Shown here: piece by piece, positions 8,565 through 17,011 of the stretch | How positions within the stretch are numbered: position 1 is the stretch's first letter | Layout: every line of letters begins with the position of its first letter | NCBI GenBank assembly: GCA_031082155.1 | Contig: JAVHLL010000002.1 | Span: forward strand, 65,206 to 129,205 | Direction of reading: 5' to 3' | Source of the DNA: Thermodesulfovibrionales bacterium | GTDB taxonomy: Bacteria > Nitrospirota > Thermodesulfovibrionia > Thermodesulfovibrionales > SM23-35 | DNA: 64,000 nucleotides | Made by a program: the position numbers and the translations under genes | The notes under the pieces: generated by a model | Told to the model about the DNA's origin: nothing | Databases searched by the model: none | What the model saw: only the letters and a program-made list of their open reading frames with translations

Positions 8565-10193
8565 ATGAAAAAGGTATCGGGAAATATAGTGGATGTGCTC
8601 AATGCAGAAATATTTCCCGGAACACTCCTGATCGTTGAAGGGATAATCAAAGATATTGTAAGGGTAGACAGCACTTATAAAAACTATCTTATCCCCGGGT
8701 TTATTGATGCTCATGTGCATATTGAGAGTACGATGCTTGTTCCATCTGAATTTGCCAGAATTGCGGCAATTCACGGAACAGTTGCAACTGTTTCCGATCC
8801 ACACGAGATAGCGAATGTCCTCGGTCTGGAAGGGATAGCGTATATGATCGAAAACGCCCGTTCTGTGCCGGTAAGATTTTATTTCGGAGCACCGTCCTGT
8901 GTGCCGGCTACAGAACTTGAAACGAGCGGTGCGACGCTGGGAGTCAAAGAAGTAGAAAAACTGCTCAGGATGAAGGAGATAAATTACCTCGCAGAGGTCA
9001 TGAATTTTCCGGGTGTTATTCATGACAATCCGGAAATTCATGAAAAGATAAAACTTGCGCATAAATACGGGAAACCTATAGATGGACATGCCCCGGGATT
9101 ACGGGGGAATGAACTGAAAAAATATGTCAGTGCAGGGATTACAACTGACCACGAAATGCTCAGCAGGGAAGAAGCACTCGAAAAGATCAGACTGGGCATG
9201 AAAATACTTATCAGAGAAGGTTCTGCTGCAAAAAACTTTGATGCACTTATCACGCTTGTGGATGAATATCCTGAACATTGTATGTTTTGCAGCGATGACA
9301 AGCATCCGGATGAACTTGTGCAGGGACATATCAACGAGATGGTGAAAAGGGCAGCAAGGCTGGGCATCGATCATATGAAAGTGCTCAGAGCAGCATGTGT
9401 GAATCCGGTCCTGCATTACGGCCTGGATACGGGTTTGCTCCAATCCGGTGACAGTGCAGATTTCCTTCTCGTCGATAACCTTAAGGACTTCACTGTCATC
9501 AAAGCCTTCATAGGGGGCGAGGTTGTTGCAGAGTTGGGCAGGGCGTTGATCCACCGCTCAGAGATGAGGTTGGTCAACAGATTTTATGCAGAGAAAAAAC
9601 GGGTGCAGGATTTTATCATTCCTGCGAAAGGTGAGCATATCCGTGTGATTGAAGCAATCAACAGGCAGCTCATAACCGGAGAGCTGACCGAAGTTGCGAC
9701 AGTATTGGATGGGAATACCATATCCAACGCTGAAAGGAATATCCACAAGATTGTTGTGGTCAACCGCTATCGTAACGAAAAACCCGCAATAGGGTTTGTA
9801 CGCAATTTTGGGTTGATTGACGGCGCGCTCGCCTCCAGTATCGCCCATGACTCGCATAACATCATAGCGGTGGGTGTTTCAGATGAGCACATATGCAGGG
9901 CGGTCAACCTTATCATAGAGCACAAAGGAGGTATATGCGCGATATCAAGGGATAGAGAAATGATATTGCCCCTCCCGGTTGCCGGGATTATGAGCAGTGA
10001 AGAGTATACAGGAGTGGCAGAAAAATATTCTGCCCTGGACAAAATGGCAAAAGAACTGGGTTCGTTTCTCGATTCGCCATTTATGACCTTGTCCTTCATG
10101 GCTCTGCCGGTAATCCCAAAGCTGAAATTGACGGATAAAGGATTGTTTGATGCAAAGGAGTTCAAATTCGTCGATCTCTTTGTGAGCACTTAG
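8565..10193 (+). CDS. ade: adenine deaminase
   Basis: 542 aa amidohydrolase with GFIDAHVHIESTML and the family's typical length and C-terminal domain. RBS GGGGGAG lies upstream. Confidence 0.85.
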   Translation: MKKVSGNIVDVLNAEIFPGTLLIVEGIIKDIVRVDSTYKNYLIPGFIDAHVHIESTMLVPSEFARIAAIHGTVATVSDPHEIANVLGLEGIAYMIENARSVPVRFYFGAPSCVPATELETSGATLGVKEVEKLLRMKEINYLAEVMNFPGVIHDNPEIHEKIKLAHKYGKPIDGHAPGLRGNELKKYVSAGITTDHEMLSREEALEKIRLGMKILIREGSAAKNFDALITLVDEYPEHCMFCSDDKHPDELVQGHINEMVKRAARLGIDHMKVLRAACVNPVLHYGLDTGLLQSGDSADFLLVDNLKDFTVIKAFIGGEVVAELGRALIHRSEMRLVNRFYAEKKRVQDFIIPAKGEHIRVIEAINRQLITGELTEVATVLDGNTISNAERNIHKIVVVNRYRNEKPAIGFVRNFGLIDGALASSIAHDSHNIIAVGVSDEHICRAVNLIIEHKGGICAISRDREMILPLPVAGIMSSEEYTGVAEKYSALDKMAKELGSFLDSPFMTLSFMALPVIPKLKLTDKGLFDAKEFKFVDLFVST

Positions 10194-10277
10194 AGAGGTG
10201 AGTGAAGATTCATGTTCAGACATGATCAATTGTACATAATACGGTGAAATTACTTAGACAAGCGAATAAATTAAAAT

Positions 10278-10307
10278 GTCATGCTCCGGCTCGATCGGGG
10301 CATCCAG
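10278..10307. repeat. short REP-like palindromic element
   Basis: GTCATGCTCCGGCTCGATCGGGGCATCCAG is intergenic and related to the GTCATT... family. Confidence 0.4.
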
Positions 10308-10352
10308 TTCCTTATTTAGTTGCCGAAGCAGCAATGAAAGGAGCAAATTAAA

Positions 10353-10451
10353 TTGGAAATATTGATTATCGTGGCAGTAATAATTATCATCTTTTTTGTA
10401 TTTCCCAAGATAAAGAAGGGAATAAAAAAAACTTTCAAAAAACAGGAATAG
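10353..10451 (+). CDS. possible 32-aa hydrophobic/basic mini-protein
   Basis: TTG start 9 nt after AAGGAG. The product MEILIIVAVIIIIFFVFPKIKKGIKKTFKKQE has one TM helix plus a Lys-rich tail. It is below the ORF-track cutoff. Confidence 0.3.
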   Translation: MEILIIVAVIIIIFFVFPKIKKGIKKTFKKQE

Positions 10452-10498
10452 AACAGAAACGCTGATCCCCTGACAAACTGCTGCAAAAGTCTCTTGCT

Positions 10499-10521
10499 GT
10501 CATTGCGAGCGAAGCAATGAG
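10499..10521. repeat. short REP-like palindrome
   Basis: GTCATTGCGAGCGAAGCAATGAG contains the inverted repeat CATTGC/GCAATG and is intergenic. Confidence 0.4.
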
Positions 10522-10763
10522 ATCATAGGGGCATAATAATTCAGTCATTCGGATAGCGTTCTGCCACCGCTAAGTTCAAGCATCGGCCGTAATTAATTAC
10601 CCTTTATGAATTAATCGATGTTATCTATATTTCAGTAAACAATGATAGAAATGAACTATTGGACAAGATAGTGATAGAAAAGTGAAAGTATATGCAAAGA
10701 TAATTTTATGGAGCTTCAGACGGGCAAATGGTATATGAATCTGACAAACGGTAAGTGAGAAAA

Positions 10764-11813
10764 ATGCGCCTTTTCAAGAAAAAAACCCTGACAGGGCTAT
10801 CCCGTACGTGCGGCTGAGCAGCGAAAATTGGTCCGTCGGATCTGGCGGAAGCATTAAAAGCGCTTACTCCTTCACAGGATCCTAACCTTCTTGTCGGCTT
10901 CAATACTGCCGATGATGCGGCAGTGTACCGGCTCTCGGATGAGATAGCCTTTATCAGTACTGTTGATTTCATTACCCCGCCGGTGGATGATCCGTATTGG
11001 TTTGGACAAATTGCTGCAGCAAATTCCCTTTCGGATGTTTACGCAATGGGCGGAAAACCTCTTACTGCCCTGAACCTCGTCATGTTTCCTCCAAAGAAAC
11101 TTGACAAGAGCGTTTTGAAGGAAATACTCCATGGGGGGAATGACAAAGTCCTTGAATCCGGTGCTTCTATGGCTGGAGGACATTCTGTGGACGACAATGA
11201 GCCAAAGTATGGTCTTGCTGTTACAGGAATCGTCCATCCCGATAAAATACTGACAAACTGCGGGGCCCGGGAAGGCGATGTTTTGATTCTCACAAAACCA
11301 TTAGGCACCGGGGTCCTGTTTAATGCGTGCAGATCAGGAAAACTGTCATTCAACGAACTGGAAATACTCTTGCCTCAGGTGGCCTCGCTGAATAAAAAAT
11401 CTCTCGATATTGCACGGAGTTTTGACATCCATTCATGTACTGACATTACCGGGTTTGGTATTGTAGGACATTCGTGGGAGATGGCAGCAGGGAGTAGAGT
11501 GCAGATAGACCTTTTCTATAATGAACTGCCGTTTTATCCTCACGCGCTTGAAATGTATCGGAAAGGCGAAACCACTGGTAGCAATAAAGCAAATAGAAAA
11601 CTTTCAGAAGGCCGTCTGGAGATAGCCGCAAAATTGACGAAGGAGGAGGTAGAATTGCTCTTTGATCCGCAAACATCCGGTGGTCTTCTCCTGTCTGTTC
11701 CAGAGTCTCAGTCACAGAAGATGATGAGCGAAATGAAAACCGCCGGTATAGACACTATTGCAAAAATCGGCGAAGTGATAGCAAATCCGAATCCTTGTAT
11801 CAGAGTTATATAG
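10764..11813 (+). CDS. selD: selenide, water dikinase SelD, selenocysteine-containing (in-frame TGA at 10815-10817)
   Basis: ATG 10764 is in frame with track ORF 10923-11813. The product reads MRLFKKKTLTGLSRTCG-U-AAKIGPSDL...DPNLLVGFNTADDAAVY. The TGA sits exactly where E. coli SelD has the catalytic Cys (GxGCKI). Confidence 0.85.
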
Positions 11814-12016
11814 ATAGTCACTAAAGATTTATAATGACGGTTCTCACGTATGTGAGGAATATGACCCTCCTGTCCTACAGTACCCGAAGAGCGACGGTTT
11901 ATCCCCCTAGTAAGTATTGGTTTCTTGAAATATAAAAAATATGGCAAAAATGAAAGAATATCAAGCATCTGGAAGATGTGATAAGATACTATGCATAATC
12001 AAATGGGAAAGTACTT

Positions 12017-13447
12017 ATGAAGGGTAATGATTCTTTTCAAAAGCAACCTTTTCAATGTCTTTTGACCATCTATAAACTCCTTGTCAATCTGCTCGTTGCC
12101 GCATTTCTGATGGCCGGTTGTGCGCATTATCCGGTGAACCAAAAGCTTGGGGAATATGATCCCGATACCGGGTACAGGGGCAAGCTTATGAGAGTGCCCG
12201 GAAAATCCGACAGTATTCTCATGTTTGTCACTTTTTCCGGAGGGGGGACGAGGGCTGCTGCATTGTCATATGGTGTGCTCGAAGACCTGGCAAAGACAGA
12301 GGTTGTTTTAGAGGGAAAGAAGCGGCGGCTTCTGGATGAAGTGGATGTGATATCGAGCGTGTCAGGCGGAAGTTTTACCGCTGCCTATTATGGATTGTTC
12401 GGAGACCGTATTTTCCAGGACTTCGAACAAAAATTCCTCAAGCAGGATATTCAGGGAGCGCTTATTCAAAGGATATTCTTCAACCCTGTTAACTGGGTGC
12501 GCTTACTCTCACCTTTTTTTGACAGGAGCGACCTTGCAGCCGAATACTATGACCAATATGTATTTGAATCAGGTACCTTCGGCGATATTGCATCCCGGAA
12601 AGGACCAATGATCATTATAAACGCAACAGACATGACGTACGGTATACGGGTGGGGTTTACCCAGGACATGTTCGATGTGATCTGTTCCGACCTTCTGAAT
12701 TTCCCTGTGGCAAGGGCTGCGGCAGCATCCTCGGCTGTGCCCTTAGTTTTAACGCCGGTTACTGTGCGGAATTATGCCGGCAGGTGTAATTATAAGATGC
12801 CGCATGTTCTTGAAAGAGTCTTTCAGGAAGATAGTATTACAGAGCGGCAGTTTTATCTGGCAAATAATATAGAACCCTATCTGGATTCTGAAAAGAAAGC
12901 TTACCTCCATCTCCTCGATGGCGGGATATCCGATAATCTTGGACTGAGGGCCATACTTGACAGGATAGTCTTCAGGGGAGATTACTGGAAATCGATCGAG
13001 GATACACATCATAGAAATGTGCATAATGTTGTATTCCTTGTAGTAAATGCCGAGACTCAGCCGGATTCTTTTTGGGACGGGGTAGAGAGCCCGCCGGTAT
13101 TTGCTGCAATGGTGGATTCCTATGCGTCGATAGCAATTGAACGGTATAATGTGGAAACGCTGGCGCTTTTAAAGGAGAGTATAAAAGGATGGGCCGGGCA
13201 GGTACGCACGAATAGATGCCCTGACGGAAAAATATCCGAACTGCCGGGTTCCTGTGGAGATATTCAGTTTTATGTGATCGAGATCAAGTTCGATGCACTG
13301 AAAGATGCGCAGGAGCGCTCATATTTCAAGAAACTTCCGACTTCGTTCAGACTGTCCCCCGATGATGTGGATAAACTCCGCGATGCAGCGCACAGGCTGC
13401 TTTCAGAGTCAAAGGATTTCCAGCGGCTGCTGAAACAACTACAGTAG
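12017..13447 (+). CDS. patatin-like phospholipase family lipoprotein
   Basis: Lipobox LMAGC, oxyanion motif SGGGTRAA, nucleophile elbow SVSGGS (GxSxG) and catalytic DGGISDNLG. Confidence 0.8.
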   Translation: MKGNDSFQKQPFQCLLTIYKLLVNLLVAAFLMAGCAHYPVNQKLGEYDPDTGYRGKLMRVPGKSDSILMFVTFSGGGTRAAALSYGVLEDLAKTEVVLEGKKRRLLDEVDVISSVSGGSFTAAYYGLFGDRIFQDFEQKFLKQDIQGALIQRIFFNPVNWVRLLSPFFDRSDLAAEYYDQYVFESGTFGDIASRKGPMIIINATDMTYGIRVGFTQDMFDVICSDLLNFPVARAAAASSAVPLVLTPVTVRNYAGRCNYKMPHVLERVFQEDSITERQFYLANNIEPYLDSEKKAYLHLLDGGISDNLGLRAILDRIVFRGDYWKSIEDTHHRNVHNVVFLVVNAETQPDSFWDGVESPPVFAAMVDSYASIAIERYNVETLALLKESIKGWAGQVRTNRCPDGKISELPGSCGDIQFYVIEIKFDALKDAQERSYFKKLPTSFRLSPDDVDKLRDAAHRLLSESKDFQRLLKQLQ

Positions 13448-13520
13448 TCAAGGTAATTGAACTTCTTTCTGTCTTCTGTTGACTTCCACTCACCACTTGA
13501 CTAAACTTTTTCTGACAAAT

Positions 13521-13988
13521 ATGGAAATGAATGCGCAAGCAATAATAAAAAAAATCATTGTTTGTATTGATGGAGAGAAGTCTACTGAAAAAGCCATACA
13601 GTATTCTTTGGGTATGGCTATGGCATTCAAGGGGAAACTTACTGCTCTTCATGTGATCAATCCTTATCTGAAAAAGTTTGCAGATGAAATATATGCGGTA
13701 GGAAGAAATGAATACAGAGACCACATAGACAAGGAACTCATAAAGGAATCAGCGGAAATAATACATGGATTCAAGGCAATGGCGGATCCGCTTGGGTTGT
13801 CTTATAATGTGGTTGTGAGATACGGTCCGCCTGAAGAAGAGATAATAAACGAAATATCGGAGAATTCATATGATTTACTCATCCTCGGCGCGAAGCAGGC
13901 CGATACTTTTAATGCAAAGATAAGGTCCTTTCAACTTCCCAGGAAAATATTCAATAATTTAAAGATCCCTACGCTTTTTGTGCAATGA
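13521..13988 (+). CDS. universal stress protein (UspA family)
   Basis: KKIIVCIDGEKSTEKA...LTALHV...DLLILGAK pattern. Start set at ATG 13521; the ORF is open from TTG 13479. Confidence 0.7.
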   Translation: MEMNAQAIIKKIIVCIDGEKSTEKAIQYSLGMAMAFKGKLTALHVINPYLKKFADEIYAVGRNEYRDHIDKELIKESAEIIHGFKAMADPLGLSYNVVVRYGPPEEEIINEISENSYDLLILGAKQADTFNAKIRSFQLPRKIFNNLKIPTLFVQ

Positions 13989-14494
13989 ATACGATTGACA
14001 TCAAAGCACCGGCAGCAATGGTAAGAAATTTAATGCTTAATCCTGATATTGCATTAAGGCTTAATCCATCCTGGCAGGTAAAGGAAATTAAAGCCACTGG
14101 AAATAATTTATATGCTCTCACACTGTATGATGACAGAACAGAAGATTCCTGCCAGGTTATTCTGTCTGTTGAAGTGTTTGGAAATTCAGTCAATTATGGA
14201 ATGAACTCAGCCGAGATAGAATTCTCAACAGAGGAAATGAAGCCGGCGCTTACAAGACTCTCTATCCGGGGCAATTTTTTCAGAGAAGAAGACCTTCCTT
14301 ACTGGCTTAAAGGGCTTCAAAATTATATCGTGCTGGAGAAAAGACAGAGTAGATTCATAAAATGGCTTCTTGACAGATTCTGGCTAAGAATGTCTCCGTC
14401 TCAGAGAAGGATAGCTATGATAATCATCATTGCGGAAGGAATTGGTCTTGCAGCCCTGATAGCAGTAGCAATCGCCATGCAATTAATGAAGTAA
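13985..14494 (+). CDS. hypothetical protein with C-terminal transmembrane anchor
   Basis: 169-aa ORF overlapping the previous stop by 4 nt, with C-terminal helix IAMIIIIAEGIGLAALIAVAIAM. No recognisable catalytic motif. Confidence 0.5.
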   Translation: MNTIDIKAPAAMVRNLMLNPDIALRLNPSWQVKEIKATGNNLYALTLYDDRTEDSCQVILSVEVFGNSVNYGMNSAEIEFSTEEMKPALTRLSIRGNFFREEDLPYWLKGLQNYIVLEKRQSRFIKWLLDRFWLRMSPSQRRIAMIIIIAEGIGLAALIAVAIAMQLMK

Positions 14495-14601
14495 TAAGTG
14501 AAGGGTGTTTCTTGATAATATTGTTTTAAGGGTGTAATTTATAGATGAGTGACATGAGGCATATGAACCAAAATCAAAATGGAAAGGGGGGAGGGTGAAC
14601 G

Positions 14602-15021
14602 GTGCAAAAGATAATTGTTGCAGATGATGGGTCCATTTTTGCCCAAAAAGCGATAGACAAGGCTATAGAGTTTGCGAAGAAAGAGAAAATTGAGATCATC
14701 TGTGTAAATGTGATCGAAGATTTCTGTCCGATAGGGCTGACAGAGATTGACTGCAATGTTGTACGGGACCTTCAGACAAAAGAATCAAAAACTATCACTG
14801 CAAACGCTCAGGAGAGATTTGCAAAGGAAAGCGTGAAAGCAAGGGTGGTCATGGAAACAGGCAGTCCTGCGGAAACAATTATTGAGATTGCAAAAAGGGA
14901 AGGTGCGGATATGATAATCGCAGCATCCCATGGAAAGCATGGCGCACGGAAATTTGCACTGGGAAGCGTTACCGCAAGACTTATTGAGCATTCACCTGTG
15001 CCGGTTCTCGTGATGAAGTAA
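14602..15021 (+). CDS. universal stress protein (UspA family)
   Basis: GTG start after GGGGGGAGGG. KIIVADDGS...DMIIAASHGKHGARKFALGSVTARLIEHSPVPVLVMK is the Usp ATP-binding C-terminal motif. Confidence 0.8.
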   Translation: MQKIIVADDGSIFAQKAIDKAIEFAKKEKIEIICVNVIEDFCPIGLTEIDCNVVRDLQTKESKTITANAQERFAKESVKARVVMETGSPAETIIEIAKREGADMIIAASHGKHGARKFALGSVTARLIEHSPVPVLVMK

Positions 15022-15079
15022 GATACCGAAAGCATTGTTTATCAACAACTGTTATTTTAATCATCAACGGAGGGGTTAA

Positions 15080-15235
15080 ATGGCAGAAACCAAGGAATTT
15101 GAAGAAAAGTCAAAAAAGGTATTTTCCGCTGAGAGAAAAGAGGATATCTGGGTGCTCGTTCTTGCCGCAATAACGGTAATCCTCGGACTTGCAGGAGTCA
15201 TCACACCAAAAACATTTCCATCATTGTTTTTCTAA
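15080..15235 (+). CDS. possible 51-aa single-pass membrane protein
   Basis: ATG follows GGAGGGG. The product is MAETKEFEEKSKKVFSAERKEDIWVLVLAAITVILGLAGVITPKTFPSLFF. It sits 14 nt upstream of the transporter gene and is below the ORF-track cutoff. Confidence 0.4.
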   Translation: MAETKEFEEKSKKVFSAERKEDIWVLVLAAITVILGLAGVITPKTFPSLFF

Positions 15236-15249
15236 TGGGGGGTAAATAA

Positions 15250-16548
15250 ATGACTGATACAAATGGTGGTATTATGAAATACATTCCGGGGCTCATACTT
15301 TGCATGATACTTGGATGGTTGGCCCTTCAATGGGATCAATCAATCCATAAATGGCAGAAAGACTACCAGGAAAGCGAGAAGATTCTGAAGGCATATTCCC
15401 ATGAGGGGCAGCCTTTTCTATCTTTTGCAGAATACACAGCAAAAAGTGAGGAAAAGTATAAAGAGAAACTCGCCGCCTTCGATCGTGGCGAAACAAAAGA
15501 GAAGCCCAAGAAACCCCACCTCCTGAAAGAAAAAGATTATGTGCCCCTTGCAACAACAAGAGAAATTTCCTCCAAATTCAGTTTTGGAGAAAGGATGATA
15601 CAGTTCCAGCTCACCTATGTGGCTGTTCTTCTGTTGGGGGGGATGATTATACGAAATACCATCGGACTCCCAAAACTCTTTCAACCCGGAGCAGTCCTGG
15701 CCAGACCTATAATTAAACCCGGCATTATCCTGCTCGGCGGTTATTATTTATGGTCCAACCTTTTGAAAGTCGGGGTTTTCGCTCTCCTGTTAGTTCTTGT
15801 ATTTATATTAGGCACCACAGTTCTTGTAGCGGTTCTTGGAAGAAGAATGAAACAGGAAGATGGACTTATGGGAGTAATGGCAGCCGGCACGGGAATATGT
15901 GGCGTTTCCGCTGCTGTTGCTGTTGCCCCGGTTGTGAATGCCAAGCCGCGTGACTTCTTCTACGCAGTGGGGACGATCCTCCTCTTTGGAACAGTCGCAC
16001 TCTTCACCTTTCCCTATATTGGCAAGGCGCTGGGAATGTCGGAGCCGGTCTTTGGCGCATGGGTTGGGACCGCAATACTGAATACTGCTCAACTCGTTGC
16101 CGCTGCAACCTGGTATGGCCATGATTCACTCCTTACCGCAAACATAATTAACATAGTCAGAGTAGGGTTTATTCCTGTTGTCGTGATCTTCTGCATCTGG
16201 TTTTATGTGATAAAACAGGCTACTGCTGAGGGTAAGCATGAAAAGATCAATACATGGCAGGTCATAAAGGAAAAGTTCCCTTTGTTTATCATAGGGTTTT
16301 TTGCGATGGTTACTCTCAATGAGATTGGTGTTTTCACAGAAGACCACAGAACCATCTTCGGAAAGCAGTTCCTACAGATTTTCTTTGCCGTTGGATTTGC
16401 GGGTGTCGGGCTTAACATAGCGTTTGATGACTTAAAAAAGGCAGGTGGCAAAGCTTTTGTAATCGGCTTTATTGCTGCTACCCTGAAAGCGGTGCTCTCT
16501 GCAATCGTGGTTATTTTAATAGGAACGGAAGCGTTCAGGGTGAAGTGA
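15250..16548 (+). CDS. polytopic membrane protein, YeiH/UPF0324-like putative (sulfate) exporter family
   Basis: 432 aa with about 10 hydrophobic segments. The overall pattern resembles the YeiH family. It carries an unusual charged insertion after the first helix. Confidence 0.5.
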   Translation: MTDTNGGIMKYIPGLILCMILGWLALQWDQSIHKWQKDYQESEKILKAYSHEGQPFLSFAEYTAKSEEKYKEKLAAFDRGETKEKPKKPHLLKEKDYVPLATTREISSKFSFGERMIQFQLTYVAVLLLGGMIIRNTIGLPKLFQPGAVLARPIIKPGIILLGGYYLWSNLLKVGVFALLLVLVFILGTTVLVAVLGRRMKQEDGLMGVMAAGTGICGVSAAVAVAPVVNAKPRDFFYAVGTILLFGTVALFTFPYIGKALGMSEPVFGAWVGTAILNTAQLVAAATWYGHDSLLTANIINIVRVGFIPVVVIFCIWFYVIKQATAEGKHEKINTWQVIKEKFPLFIIGFFAMVTLNEIGVFTEDHRTIFGKQFLQIFFAVGFAGVGLNIAFDDLKKAGGKAFVIGFIAATLKAVLSAIVVILIGTEAFRVK

Positions 16549-16586
16549 TTATTTACTAACACGGGTATAAGTAAAGCTACATCGAT

Positions 16587-16662
16587 GTCATTCCCGCTTG
16601 TCGTCCCGAATGCTTTCGGAATTTCTGAAAACACGGAAGGATTGCGGACAAACCGCAATGAC
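16587..16662. repeat. REP/MITE-like element (GTCATTCCCGCTTGTC ... GACAAACCGCAATGAC)
   Basis: 76-nt element with imperfect terminal inverted repeats. It shares termini and the core GGAAGGATT..GACAA with the copy at 46593-46666. Confidence 0.65.
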
Positions 16663-16717
16663 AAAAAGCGATAAGGACCTCGCTTTCCTAATAACCATCT
16701 AGGTATATGTTATGGGA

Positions 16718-16792
16718 TGGAGCGGGCGACGGGATTCGAACCCGCGACTTTCAGCTTGGGAAGCTAACACTCTACCACTGAGTTACGCCCGC
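16718..16792 (-). tRNA. tRNA-Gly (anticodon CCC)
   Basis: The reverse complement is GCGGGCGTAACTCAGTGGTAGAGTGTTAGCTTCCCAAGCTGAAAGTCGCGGGTTCGAATCCCGTCGCCCGCTCCA. It forms a cloverleaf with anticodon loop UUCCCAA and an encoded CCA. Confidence 0.9.
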
Positions 16793-17000
16793 AAATCAAT
16801 AACTTACGGGATAGTATAACATTCAGTGTCATAAAAATGTCATAATTTTTACATCAGGAAGCTGATGAGTTATCTTAGTAAATCAACCACTTACCTTCTA
16901 ACGCTGACTGTCATAAAATAGTAACAATTTTCAGCTCGGAAGCTGACACTCTAACCCTTATGCTCGCAAATTAAGGACTTAGGGAGACAGTATAAAGATC
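16793..17000. repeat. decayed tandem copies of the tRNA-Gly 5' half plus upstream flank
   Basis: TTCAGCTCGGAAGCTGACACTCTAACCCTTATGCTCGCAAATTAAGGACTTAGGG (about 16930-16985) aligns to TTCAGCTTGGGAAGCTAACACTCTACCACTGAGTTACGCCCGCAAATCAATAACTTACGGG of the live gene. A further deleted copy lies around 16856-16905. The spacers GTCATAAAAATGTCATAATTTTTACATC and GTCATAAAATAGTAACAATTTTCAGCTC are also related. Confidence 0.6.
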
Positions 17001-17011
17001 TGCTGTTATAG

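Noticed and set aside
8523-9089. 188-aa minus-strand ORF. Similar long antisense ORFs occur at 3030-3551, 9099-9554, 16203-16664, 26399-26905, 30880-31386, 32092-32718, 58022-58552 and 59700-60200.
   Set aside because: All lie fully inside and antisense to genes with strong motif support. Their translations are low-complexity or Cys/Arg/Ser-rich with no recognisable motifs or RBS. They are typical shadow ORFs.
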